In this document: positions 28,347 to 38,404 of the stretch, piece after piece
How positions within the stretch are numbered: the stretch's first letter is position 1
Layout: each line of letters starts with the position of its first letter
Assembly: GCA_020348445.1 (NCBI GenBank)
Contig: CP070751.1
Span: 4,588,960-4,652,959, forward strand
Direction: 5' to 3'
DNA length: 64,000 bases
Origin: Thermoplasmata archaeon
GTDB taxonomy: Archaea; Thermoplasmatota; Thermoplasmata; GCA-020350865
Program-made: the position numbers and the translations under genes
Notes under the pieces: generated by a model
The model's database searches: none
What the model was told of the DNA's origin: nothing
What the model saw: only the letters and a program-made list of their open reading frames with translations

Positions 28347-31160
28347 ATCGTAGAAGATGAAGAAGAACTATCTGAAGATCTAGAATCTGAGGAGGAAGAG
28401 GTGGAATGGGGAGAGAACGAAGAGGATCTTGGGGAGGAGCCTGAAGAAATTGAGGAATGGGAAGGCTCTGAAGAAGAAATTGAGGAGGAACCAAGACGAA
28501 TGGAAATGGAAGAAAAGGAAAAAGGTTCCAAATTCCCAACAATGCTGGTGCTCGCCATTCTACTAGGCGCGATTGCCGGTGCAATAGCAGGCCTTGCAGC
28601 TTCTTCCCTATTTCAGGACGAGGACGAAGACACCCCATTTACCTATGCAGATGATAAGGTGGGTATCGGGACAGATGATCCTGTTACTGCGCTGGATGTG
28701 GATGGAGTGATCACTGCCGAAGGAGGGAATTCTGATGAGTGGAACACCGCCTACAGCTGGGGGGATCATTCCACAGCAGGATACCTTACGGACTACACAG
28801 AGACTGATCCTGTGTATGGAGGAAGTGCAGCTTCGGAAATCTCAAGCGGAGATATCACCAACTGGGACACAGCATATGCTTGGGGTAATCATTCCACAGC
28901 AGGATACATGACTGATTATACAGAAACTGACCCATTGTACGGAGGAAGTGTAGCATCGGGGATCTCAACAGGAGATATCACCAAATGGGATATGGCCTAT
29001 GGATGGGGTGATCATTCAGATGAGGGATATCTTACAAGCTATTCAGAGACCGATCCAGTTTATGCTTGGAGTGTAGCAGCAGGGATCACAAACGGCGATA
29101 TCACCGACTGGGATACAGCTTATGGTTGGGGTGACCACTCATCAGTAGGATATCTTACGAGCTATACAGAGTCAGATCCAGTATATGGTGTGAGTGTGGC
29201 TTCGGGAATCACAAGCGGGAACATTATCAACTGGGATACGGCCTATGGCTGGGGGGATCATTCTTTAGCTGGTTACTTGGTTAGCGAAAGTGACCCGCAA
29301 GTTGGGGTGAACGCACTCAATTATACATCCAAATGGAACGGCAATGAGCTTGTAACCGGTACGATATACGATAACGGCAATATAGGAATCGGGACAACTA
29401 ATCCAGAGGCAAAATTGGATGTGGAAGTCAGTTCTCTTGGAGCCGCAACCATAGGTTCCAGCGGTAATTCAGCTACCGGGGATTATGCAATCGCCATGGG
29501 ATACAATACAAGTGCCAGCGGGGATTATTCAACTGCAGTGGGGCGGTTCTCGACCGCAAGTGGGAGTACTTCAACCTCGATAGGATATGAATCAACCGCT
29601 AGCGGAGGAGGTTCAACTGCGATTGGTATGTGGGCAACCGCCAGCGGGGAGTATTCAACCGCGATTGGATTGAGGGCAACTGCCTATGGGTGGTATTCAA
29701 CCTCCATCGGGAGAGGAACAAACGCCAGCGGATTATATTCTACCGCCAGAGGTTACAATACCATTGCCGGCGGATGGGGCTCAACCGCCATGGGGTGGGA
29801 AACGACCGCCTTCGGTGATTATTCAACCACCATGGGACATAATACAAATGCCAGTGGAATTGGATCAACTGCCATGGGGAATGGTACAACTGCCAGCGGA
29901 GATTCTTCAACCGCCATGGGTTACAATACAAACGCCAGCGGGGTTAGATCAACTGCGATGGGGCAGAAAACGACCGCTATAGGCTGGTATTCTACCTCGA
30001 TGGGGGCTGTTACAACCGCCAGTGGTTTAACCTCAACCGCCATGGGATATGGAACAACCGCCAGTGCACCCTATTCAATTGCTATGGGATTAAGCACAAT
30101 TGCTAGTGGATACGCCTCAACCTCCATGGGAAGAGATACAATAGCCTTTGGGAGTTATTCAACCGCCATCGGGAAAGGGACGAATGCCAGTGGGTATGCC
30201 TCAGCTGCAATGGGGCGTGATACAACCGCCTTTGGGGATTCTTCGATTGCAATGGGTTACAATACAAATGCCATAGAAGATTTTTCAACTGCAATGGGAT
30301 GGGGGACAACCGCCAGTGAACAAGCCTCAACTGCAATGGGTGATGGAACAAACGCCAGTGGATTTGCTTCAACCGCAATGGGGAGTGGGACACTAGCCAG
30401 CGGATGGATTTCAACTGCAATGGGTGCTGGTGCAGTCGCCAGCGGGGAATCTTCAACTGCTATGGGGTATTATACAAATGCCAGTGGAATCAGATCAACG
30501 GCCATGGGGATAATAACAACCGCCAGCGGTGGGGGCTCAACCGCAATGGGAGGTGGTACAATTGCCAGCGGATTATATTCAACAGCCATGGGGGTATCTA
30601 CAATCGCCAGCGGGGATTATTCAACTGCCATGGGTGATGGAACAACCGCTATCGGGAATTGGTCAACAGCCATGGGGTGGGGAACGACGGCCAGCGGGCG
30701 TTACTCAACCGCAATGGGGCGATGGACAACAGCCAGCGGAAATTGGTCAACCGCCATGGGAGAATTATCAACCGCAAGCGGGAGTATTTCAACAGCCATG
30801 GGCTCGTTTTCAACCGCCAGCGGAATGAGTTCAACTGCTATGGGGCGGTTTACAACAGCCAGTGGGAATTACTCAACAGCAATGGGCCACTCGATAAATG
30901 CCAGTGGAAATTACAGTTTCGGAATTGGTTTGGATTCCACTCAAAGTACAATAACCCAGGACAACACAATGGCCATCATGGGCGGCAATATCGGCATCGG
31001 AACTCTAACCCCACAAAGAAGCCTTCATGTCAATGACACAATGCGACTCGAACCAAGAACCTCGGCACCATCAAACCCAATGGAAGGGGATATATATTAC
31101 GATGGAGTCTTACACTCGCTCATGGTCTATGATGGAACAGTATGGCAGGCTTGCTTCTAA
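28347..31160 (+). CDS. Membrane-anchored fibre/adhesin-like protein with 41-aa repeats and about 35 Hep/Hag (YadA-head-like) 14-aa repeats
   Basis: Acidic N-terminus, TM, WDTAYGWGDHS repeats, GIGT motifs, ASGxxSTAMGxxTT repeats; frame open from 28335, RBS at 28334-28340 points to ATC 28347 (ORF track start 28401). Confidence 0.8.
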   Translation: MVEDEEELSEDLESEEEEVEWGENEEDLGEEPEEIEEWEGSEEEIEEEPRRMEMEEKEKGSKFPTMLVLAILLGAIAGAIAGLAASSLFQDEDEDTPFTYADDKVGIGTDDPVTALDVDGVITAEGGNSDEWNTAYSWGDHSTAGYLTDYTETDPVYGGSAASEISSGDITNWDTAYAWGNHSTAGYMTDYTETDPLYGGSVASGISTGDITKWDMAYGWGDHSDEGYLTSYSETDPVYAWSVAAGITNGDITDWDTAYGWGDHSSVGYLTSYTESDPVYGVSVASGITSGNIINWDTAYGWGDHSLAGYLVSESDPQVGVNALNYTSKWNGNELVTGTIYDNGNIGIGTTNPEAKLDVEVSSLGAATIGSSGNSATGDYAIAMGYNTSASGDYSTAVGRFSTASGSTSTSIGYESTASGGGSTAIGMWATASGEYSTAIGLRATAYGWYSTSIGRGTNASGLYSTARGYNTIAGGWGSTAMGWETTAFGDYSTTMGHNTNASGIGSTAMGNGTTASGDSSTAMGYNTNASGVRSTAMGQKTTAIGWYSTSMGAVTTASGLTSTAMGYGTTASAPYSIAMGLSTIASGYASTSMGRDTIAFGSYSTAIGKGTNASGYASAAMGRDTTAFGDSSIAMGYNTNAIEDFSTAMGWGTTASEQASTAMGDGTNASGFASTAMGSGTLASGWISTAMGAGAVASGESSTAMGYYTNASGIRSTAMGIITTASGGGSTAMGGGTIASGLYSTAMGVSTIASGDYSTAMGDGTTAIGNWSTAMGWGTTASGRYSTAMGRWTTASGNWSTAMGELSTASGSISTAMGSFSTASGMSSTAMGRFTTASGNYSTAMGHSINASGNYSFGIGLDSTQSTITQDNTMAIMGGNIGIGTLTPQRSLHVNDTMRLEPRTSAPSNPMEGDIYYDGVLHSLMVYDGTVWQACF
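28740..29300 (+). repeat. Tandem 123-bp (41-aa) coding repeat, four full copies plus a partial
   Basis: WxTAYxWGDHS...GYLTxYxExDPVY units read directly in the translation. Confidence 0.85.
29470..30940 (+). repeat. Tandem 42-bp (14-aa) coding repeat, about 35 copies
   Basis: TCAACCGCCATGGG-like core recurring every 42 nt. Confidence 0.9.
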
Positions 31161-31228
31161 ATAAATCTCCCCCTTTCTCTCTTTTTTTTATTTTTATAAT
31201 TAACATATTTTGTAGGCTGATTATTTAA

Positions 31229-31515
31229 TAACGCTCATAATTCGTATACAATCTGCGGGAGTTAACGCTCACATTTCGTATACGAAGTAACGCTCACAGT
31301 TCGTAAAGGATTTGGGGGTCAACTCTCATATTTCGTAAATGGTTTTTCAGTTATAACGCTCATATTTTGTATACGAACTGTGGGAGTTGGTGAATCTGAA
31401 CATGGTGAAGATTTTTGGTGCACTGGCTCCGCCCTTGAAAATCCCGGAAAATTAGTGCTTTGTGGCCGCGCAGGGGGGGTATTACGATCCGTGGGAGGTG
31501 GGGGTGGTTTTGGTT
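31229..31515. repeat. Composite intergenic repeat copy 1 (TAACGCTC units plus C/D/E tail)
   Basis: Five TAACGCTC-type units of 34/25/32/34 nt then GCACTGGCT, ATCCCGG, GCGCAGGGGG, GTGGGAGGTGGGG; same order at 35501. Confidence 0.85.
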
Positions 31516-31673
31516 GCAGAGGCAGAGCGGTCACCTCATAAAAGTAATACGAATACGCATTAATAATTTTGGGGGATTAAACGGGTGGAAATCCTTTGTA
31601 AAGAACTGGACCTTTTAAACTAAAAGATTCTTAATTATATATGAGAAAAAAAACAAAATATATTTTCTTATCT

Positions 31674-32918
31674 CTATGATTTAGATATCATTTCTATAAG
31701 ATCTTTTGGAGTTAAAACCTCAACTTCTTCAGTTTGTACAGGAACCCGGGAGATCAATGCTTTTTTACAAATGAACTTTTCAGTATTTGTAATGAATTTA
31801 CTAACATCGCTTTTTTTTACCTTTTTTCTCCATTTGACCTCTCCAATAAATATCGGTTTTCTTCGCTTTGTAATAATGATGTCTATATCAAAATCTTTTG
31901 TCATATGGTATCTGAATGTACCATCAAGAAGTTCAGCCATAAGTTCGCCTAAGAAAAATTGAATGTGAATCGGTGCGCGCTCATCAAACACTTCTTTGAT
32001 TAAGGATGGTTTGTCAGCTTCTATATCATATTTCTCATCAAGGTAATAATAGAGCTCCATGATCTTCGATTTAACTGAATAATAATTTCCCCGCTTTTCA
32101 TAAAGCGGTATTCTTTCTATGAGATCCATATTCTCCATAATCCTTACATATGGCCTCACCAAAGAGGGATTATTAGCTTTTATTAGCTTCTTTGAAAATA
32201 GCTGGTCGCTAACCTTTTTCAATGTGTTTTTTCCATTGGCAATTGATCTTAGAACACCCTCATATACCTCAGATAAAAACCTGTCTTCTGCTAGGAATGT
32301 TTCCCCAATAAGAGCGGGAATCGCGTTTTTTGAAAATTCCATAACGTTCAATATTGTTTTTTCAGGAGTTTTATCTATATAACGTAATGCCCAAGGATCT
32401 CGGAGGTATGGCGATAGTGCAAGAGCATCCTCATGGCTAATTTCTTTTGAAAGAGAAGTAAAAATGTCACTGGGCGAAAGCACTGAAAGCTTAATCTCAG
32501 ATAAAAGTCCCAGAAGAGGGGACTTTTTTGAGGTAATTTCCTTTGCAACATGCATGGATGAACCAAGGAGTATGAGTTTTCCGTTAGGATAGCACATTTG
32601 AAGAGAATCAACAAAATCGTCAGGAAGTCTTTGGAACTCGTCTACTACGACTACCTTATCATTCTTTAGTTCATTGATCACCATTTCAGTAACCTGACTG
32701 TAATCGTCTGTTCTTTTTAGGGGTTCACCTGTAATAAGTGCACCGCCCCCTCTTTTCACAAGTATATAAACATCATGTTTGATGAAGTTCCTAACAAGAT
32801 ATGTCTTTCCAACTTTTCTCCTGCCGTATATCAACATCCAGCCCTTCGATTTCTTTACATTCTTCACTTCCTTACGAGGAACCGTGATTAGGGTAACCAT
32901 GGTTACGGGAATGGCCAT
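31674..32918 (-). CDS. Archaeal AAA-type ATPase with C-terminal PD-(D/E)xK-like domain
   Basis: GRRKVGKT Walker A, VVVVDEFQ Walker B, DIDII...IGEVKW. Confidence 0.85.
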   Translation of the reverse strand: MAIPVTMVTLITVPRKEVKNVKKSKGWMLIYGRRKVGKTYLVRNFIKHDVYILVKRGGGALITGEPLKRTDDYSQVTEMVINELKNDKVVVVDEFQRLPDDFVDSLQMCYPNGKLILLGSSMHVAKEITSKKSPLLGLLSEIKLSVLSPSDIFTSLSKEISHEDALALSPYLRDPWALRYIDKTPEKTILNVMEFSKNAIPALIGETFLAEDRFLSEVYEGVLRSIANGKNTLKKVSDQLFSKKLIKANNPSLVRPYVRIMENMDLIERIPLYEKRGNYYSVKSKIMELYYYLDEKYDIEADKPSLIKEVFDERAPIHIQFFLGELMAELLDGTFRYHMTKDFDIDIIITKRRKPIFIGEVKWRKKVKKSDVSKFITNTEKFICKKALISRVPVQTEEVEVLTPKDLIEMISKS

Positions 32919-32963
32919 TCCCCTATAAATAGGTTACTGTATCAAATCATGATTTTAGTGGTC

Positions 32964-33390
32964 TAGCACTCGTATTTCGTATGCCATTTTCGTGCGATAT
33001 CTCACGGATTTGGCACATGGAATTCATAATCCAACGCTCATATCTCGTATACCATCTGTGCGAGTTAACGCTCGTAATTGGTATACAATGTAACGCTCGC
33101 AGTTGGTAAAGGATTTGGGTGTCAACGCTCATATTTGGTATACCATTTGCGGGAGTTGGGAGGGGAAGTGAAATTAGTGGGCTTTGAGGTACTGGCTATC
33201 TTCATATTAAGTCAGGAAAAAGGCGGTTTTGGTGGCACACAGATGGGGTATGTGAGTTGATTTTGAAGGGAGTTACTGCCAATCGTGGGAAGTGGATTCG
33301 GTTGAGCGACCCAGAAAGGGGTATGTGTGTCGGAAATCTGGGGATTAGTGCCAGATTCGTGAGATGGGGGTGGTTTTTGGGCCCGGGAAA
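32964..33390. repeat. Composite intergenic repeat copy 2
   Basis: Same 34/25/32-nt unit series; GGGGTATGTG and GATTCGTGAGATGGGG modules. Confidence 0.8.
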
Positions 33391-33563
33391 GGGGGGTGAG
33401 GGAACTGCGTGGAAGAGTTGACAGTGTACAAGGTGGGTTGGTTAAGTTAAAAAAGGTGGAGGAAAAAGGTATAGGCTCTGAGAAAAAAATAGGTTCAGAC
33501 CCCCGATTAAATCTAAATATTCCCATCCAATTTCTAATAAAATAGAAAAAAAAGATAAAGGTT

Positions 33564-34508
33564 TTAGGTCGGGTCTATCACTCTTATGGTATCGCTTCCC
33601 TCGAAGGGCATCCCGCAGAATAACTCTCCCGAAATTGTCACTGTATGTTCTCCTGGCCCATAGAGAATCTCGATATCAGAGCGGTCGAACTTAAGGAGTC
33701 GCTCCAATACACCATTACCGTTTTCATCGACACAGTAGGAATCCTCTGACTTCGCCCAGCCGTACTTCGGATCCCGCACAGGTGAGATGGCTCCATCCCA
33801 TAGGATTGTGTTCGCGTTAATCTGGTTGCACTGGTACTCCTCCGGCAGCTCAACCGTCGCGATAATCCACCGGCCCTTGCTCTTCATGTTGATTGTGTTC
33901 GGATCGCTGCCAGGCTTGATGTCCACAATTGCCTCCAAGGGACAAGGTATGTCGTACTCAACGATATATCCCGGAATCCCATACATATTGTTGTAGCTTG
34001 GAACATCGTTCCATGCGCCCAGAGGTGAACCGCCGATTTGGCGTCCATCCAGGTGAATAGCATCTTCTCCTGGAGGTGCATTGTTTGGCTCATTTGTCAT
34101 CCAGTTGGTATAAACAAAAGGCTCACCAGTCACCCATTCCCACCCACCATCAGGCTCGGGACTCCCAGGAGGTTGAAATCCACCTATCCAATAGCCAAGT
34201 CCACCCGGGATAATTGCTTGCGGAAATGTGGTCACGATAAAGTCTTGTTCTTGTTGTGATGTGATGGTGACAAGATGTCCTTGGTAACCCATGAAGATTA
34301 GACTTTCTGCAGCAACTTTGGCATCTTGCCAGATTATACCCCCTGGTACAGATACCGCCTCGTAGTAGTGACAGTTTGCAGGATTCTGGACTGGACTAGA
34401 TATGGGAGAGGCCTGACTACTTGCCGCAACCACAGTAAATAAGCCCATGCCAATGAGTATTGCCACAACAATTATTACACTGTTTTTATGTATTCTCTTC
34501 ATTTCCAT
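33564..34508 (-). CDS. Secreted C-type lectin-like domain protein
   Basis: Signal peptide; GHLVTITS, YWIGG, WEWVTGEP..YTNW...EPNN, WND motifs. Confidence 0.8.
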   Translation of the reverse strand: MEMKRIHKNSVIIVVAILIGMGLFTVVAASSQASPISSPVQNPANCHYYEAVSVPGGIIWQDAKVAAESLIFMGYQGHLVTITSQQEQDFIVTTFPQAIIPGGLGYWIGGFQPPGSPEPDGGWEWVTGEPFVYTNWMTNEPNNAPPGEDAIHLDGRQIGGSPLGAWNDVPSYNNMYGIPGYIVEYDIPCPLEAIVDIKPGSDPNTINMKSKGRWIIATVELPEEYQCNQINANTILWDGAISPVRDPKYGWAKSEDSYCVDENGNGVLERLLKFDRSDIEILYGPGEHTVTISGELFCGMPFEGSDTIRVIDPT

Positions 34509-34699
34509 TCACCTCCTCCCTTTCTTAGGGTCTATCGGTATTTCTATCATCGCGCCCCACCTCGGTGCTATCCTCCCCATTTTTGTTTCATAAAGCCCCC
34601 TCGCCGCTCTTCCCTCTGTTTTTTCCTCTGAGGGATAGTAGTTGATGTACTTATAATCATTTATAATTTTGGTTTAATCAATTTAAAGTTTCAATTTTT

Positions 34700-34785
34700 C
34701 CGCGCTTGGTTTTTGAGCGCGCAAAAAGGGGCGTGTCGGTGGAGGAATGGGCAGTCAGGGAAACGGTGGAGGTGGGGGTTGAGGT
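34700..34785. repeat. Composite repeat copy 3 (module A only)
   Basis: GCGCGCAAAAAGGGGCGTGTCGGTGG at 34717-34742. Confidence 0.9.
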
Positions 34786-34865
34786 GAGATGGGTCCGGAT
34801 TTTGAAAAAATAAGGAAAAAGTATAAAAGCAAGGATACTCCTTAATATCTCTGGAAGTGACCGTT

Positions 34866-35090
34866 ATGGAAGGCAAGTTTACTGCTGTGTTTGAAAAGGA
34901 TGGGGAATGGTGGATTGGATACGTTGAAGAATTACCTGGAGCAAATACCCAGGGCAAGACATTAGATGAGGCTCGTGAGAATCTAAAGGAAGCCGTAGCT
35001 TTAGTTATAGAAGCAAATATAGAACTAACAAAACAAGAAATTGAGGGAAAGGAAGTCATTAGAGAGGAGCTATCGGTGGCTACTCAATGA
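34866..35090 (+). CDS. hicB: HicB-family antitoxin
   Basis: ELPGANTQGKTLDEARENLKEA motif; ATGA overlap with next gene. Confidence 0.88.
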   Translation: MEGKFTAVFEKDGEWWIGYVEELPGANTQGKTLDEARENLKEAVALVIEANIELTKQEIEGKEVIREELSVATQ

Positions 35091-35272
35091 AGCGGCGAGT
35101 CTTAATAAAGCATCTTAAAAAAAATAGGTGCAAATTTTTGCGTGAAGGTAAAAAACATACAATATATTTTAATCCAAAATTGAGAAAGGTATCAACGATT
35201 CCGCGGCATACAGAAATATCTGATAAACTTGCCAGAAAGATTTGTAAGGATCTTGGTGTGCCTCCTCTGTAA
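35087..35272 (+). CDS. hicA: HicA-family toxin
   Basis: Small basic protein, REGKKH and IPRH motifs. Confidence 0.88.
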   Translation: MKRRVLIKHLKKNRCKFLREGKKHTIYFNPKLRKVSTIPRHTEISDKLARKICKDLGVPPL

Positions 35273-35389
35273 TTTTTATTATAGCAATGTCCCAAGATAC
35301 TAAAAAAAATCCTTTATGGATATATATCATATTTTTTAAGAGGAAAATTCCATCTGCCACATATTCAATTTATTTTACGGTGGAAGGAG

Positions 35390-35815
35390 CGGTTTTTCGG
35401 GCGCGCAAAAAGGGGCGTGTCGGTGGAGGAATGGGCAGTCAGGGAAACGGTGGAGGAGGGTTACGAGTAGGGTTGGATTTTTGGGTAATAGATCAGGCAA
35501 TAACGCTCGTATTTGGTATACCATCTGTGCGAGTTAACGCTCACGATTGGTATACAATGTAACGCTCGCAGTTGGGAAAGGATTTGGGGGTCAACTCCCG
35601 TATTTGGGAAATGGTTTTCGGGATCTAGCGCTCATATTTGGTATACCATATGCAGGAGTTGTGGGATCAGGACCTGAAGATGGATTTTGGTGCACTGGCT
35701 CTGCCCCTGAAAATCCCGGAAAATTGTGCATTTTAAACCGCGCAGAGGGGGTATGTGCGTTGGAAATTGGAAGGATTTTACCAATCGTGAGAGGTGGGGG
35801 TGGTTTTTGGGGTTA
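35390..35815. repeat. Composite repeat copy 4 (most complete: A, five B units, C, D, E)
   Basis: Module A at 35401, TAACGCTC units from 35501, tail homologous to copy 1. Confidence 0.9.
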
Positions 35816-36036
35816 GAGGCCAGAACCTATGTGAAGACATAAAAGGTATTAATAAAATCTTGTGTTAAAAAAAATGTGAAAATCACAAAACACATTAACA
35901 ATAGAGATATTTTTTACCTTTACCATGAAATTGTTTATATATGTCATTTTGAATCCTGGTTATTAATATATAGAATTGAATCTGAATTAATATTAAACAT
36001 ACAATAATTACCACAGTCAAAATTATTGGTATTGTT

Positions 36037-37710
36037 ATGGAATCAGAAAACATAATAGCTCAAGAGAAACCCGAACAATTAGTAGTGGTTGAACCGGGTG
36101 TGGGCACTCAAGAACAGATGATGAAGGACCCAAAATGGAATGGTATTCCACCGGTAGGTAACCGACCAATTGATGATAAATGGAAATTTCTATTGATGAT
36201 ATTAGCCATATTTATCGTAAAGATAATAATTTGGGGTATCTATAGATATTCTACCGGTACACTGGACATCTTTACCAATCCAGATTCCGGTCGGGAGAAT
36301 ACATATTGGGCCGGAATTGTTGCAAAGCCAGTTTTGCAACTGGCACCGGTCTTTGTTCTATGGATATATCTTTTTGGTGAGAAAGGCTTACCGTTTCGGC
36401 TAACTAGAAAACACTTGTTTTCCTCAATCATATTCGGTTGTATTCTCGGTTTTGTATATTACTTTGTGGCAACAGGTGTCATGATCGGAGTTTTCGAAAC
36501 AACTGGTCAGGGAACGGACTTTCATTTTGTTGCCGGTTGGGACGATGCAGGTTGGATGCTGATTATCGCCATGATGTTCTCATATATGATCGCAACAGGT
36601 CCCACGGAAGAGATATTTTCCAGAGGTGTACTCCAAGACCAGACTGCACGGGCATTTTCGTTGAAATTTGCCATCATGTTTTCAGCCGTACTATTCGCGG
36701 CCGGACATCTACCTATCTCAATTTTGGTCTATCATTTAAGCTTCATGACAATTGTCTGGTACATGATCATCTTGTTTGTAATGGGTTGTTTCTTTTCAAT
36801 TTTATACCAATGGTCACGTAATATCGTATTTCCAGCGATCATTCACGGCCTTTGGGACTGGTACTTATCATTATATGCATTACGTGGTGCATACTCACCA
36901 ACATTTCTGGAAGATTATAATGTAAATTTTGGTATAGTTGATTTTGTCAGTACATTAATCACTTTATCGATCATGCTGCCATTATTCTATATTGTATATC
37001 TAGTCTGGTGGAAACATGATGAGCCATTAAAGGAGGGACCACTAGCAAGTATCGTAAAACGTATCGAGAAGATCAAGTATACACACCAGATTCGAAATTA
37101 TGACAGGGGTTGGTGGCCCAAGGGCAATCCGATTTTAGTCACTGCAGCAATTGTAGGTCTCTTTTGTCTAGCAAGTATACCCGTTGCAGCTTTGATCGGA
37201 ACTGATGATCCTTCTAAGTTTGCAGATAGAGTAATGGGTGGAGAGGAAAAAACTGTGATTGTATATGATAATGGAACATTATCTGATTCTGGAACACTTG
37301 ATGAGAACAGTGGAACTGAAGTTCCCATTGAGTTTTATGATAAATATATTATAAGCATAAATCTAAGTCTAACCTGGACAGACGAATCTTCATCGTTCTT
37401 TCAAGGTACCAATGAACCCGATCATTTTACGATCCAGTTAATTGACCCTGAAGGTGAAGTTCTGGGAGAAGATGAGGGTGATTCGGGGACTTTGGCGATA
37501 TTATGGTCACAATCCGATTCTGAGGAAATATTGTATAATGGGACTTTTACTGTTAATGTTGAATTGGGCACAGCTGGAGACGATTTTGGGCCGTTTGGTT
37601 TACGCTCGAATGAAGACACTTCTAATGATTATTCTTTGAATATAGAATTTAATAGTTATTCCCTCCAGAAAGGCTCAGGCGATGAGGCCGATGTCCGCTG
37701 GCGCTCATAA
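36037..37710 (+). CDS. CPBP/Abi-family intramembrane metalloprotease fused to acidic extracellular domain
   Basis: GPTEEIFSRG, FAAGH, HGLWD motifs; C-terminal LTWTDE domain. Confidence 0.85.
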   Translation: MESENIIAQEKPEQLVVVEPGVGTQEQMMKDPKWNGIPPVGNRPIDDKWKFLLMILAIFIVKIIIWGIYRYSTGTLDIFTNPDSGRENTYWAGIVAKPVLQLAPVFVLWIYLFGEKGLPFRLTRKHLFSSIIFGCILGFVYYFVATGVMIGVFETTGQGTDFHFVAGWDDAGWMLIIAMMFSYMIATGPTEEIFSRGVLQDQTARAFSLKFAIMFSAVLFAAGHLPISILVYHLSFMTIVWYMIILFVMGCFFSILYQWSRNIVFPAIIHGLWDWYLSLYALRGAYSPTFLEDYNVNFGIVDFVSTLITLSIMLPLFYIVYLVWWKHDEPLKEGPLASIVKRIEKIKYTHQIRNYDRGWWPKGNPILVTAAIVGLFCLASIPVAALIGTDDPSKFADRVMGGEEKTVIVYDNGTLSDSGTLDENSGTEVPIEFYDKYIISINLSLTWTDESSSFFQGTNEPDHFTIQLIDPEGEVLGEDEGDSGTLAILWSQSDSEEILYNGTFTVNVELGTAGDDFGPFGLRSNEDTSNDYSLNIEFNSYSLQKGSGDEADVRWRS

Positions 37711-37749
37711 CCCGAACCCACAACACAAAACTTGGGGTGGTGTATGTTT

Positions 37750-38035
37750 CAATCTATCTCACGGATTTGACACGCCATCTGCGGGGGTTAACGCTCGGAT
37801 TTGGCATGCCAACTGCGGGAGTTGAGAGTATTTGAAGTTTGAGACATTTTAGTACACTGGCTAGGTCCCTTTAATCCCGGGAAATATGCTGTTTTTCAGC
37901 CGCGCAGAGGGGGTGGGTGTGGTTGAAAACTGTTGGGTTTTACCAATCGTGAGTGGTGGGGGGGGTTTTGCTTGGCAAAAGGGGCAGGTAGCGAATCTAG
38001 GGAAGATCTGGTAGGTGATGTTGGGGTGGGGGTGG
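37750..38035. repeat. Composite repeat copy 5 (B, C, D, E, F)
   Basis: GGCATGCC unit, TAATCCCGGGA, GCGCAGAGGGGG, GCTTGGCAAAAGGGGCAGGTAGCGAATCTAGGGAAG also at about 48913. Confidence 0.85.
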
Positions 38036-38404
38036 ATTTGACAGCCTTACAGGCGGTAAAAGGGGTGGAAGCTTTGTGAAATAAAAGGTAAGAATTGAAG
38101 TGAGGTGAGAAAATATACATGTCGGTCTTGGTACTCCTCCAGTTTTAAATCAAGATAAAAAAAATATAATTAAAAGTTAAAAATATATTCAATTTATTAC
38201 ATTAAAATATTACCATTTCGAAAGAAATAAATATCCAGAACTCATTTGCGATTTCGATTGGAGGGAGACTAAGGAGTAGGTGGAATAAGATAAGCGAGGA
38301 CTTGAATTTATGAAAGTCATGAACTAGGGTTGACGGTCTCTTTATCTTTTTTCACAGTTCCTTTGATCCAATCTGTAGAAGGAATAGACGGGGGGAGATA
38401 GAAT

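Noticed and set aside
29470-30940. Hep/Hag variability as a diversity-generating retroelement target
   Set aside because: No reverse transcriptase or template/variable repeat pair seen; variation is not evidently adenine-specific
31229-31390. TAACGCTC tandem units as a CRISPR array
   Set aside because: Conserved part is short, the intervening sequences are themselves shared between loci in fixed order, and no cas genes are present
33078-35816. ORFs within the composite repeats (e.g. 33078-33260, 35547-35816, 41267-41572, 54785-55033)
   Set aside because: Similar translations arise from the shared repeat; frames and stops are not conserved between copies
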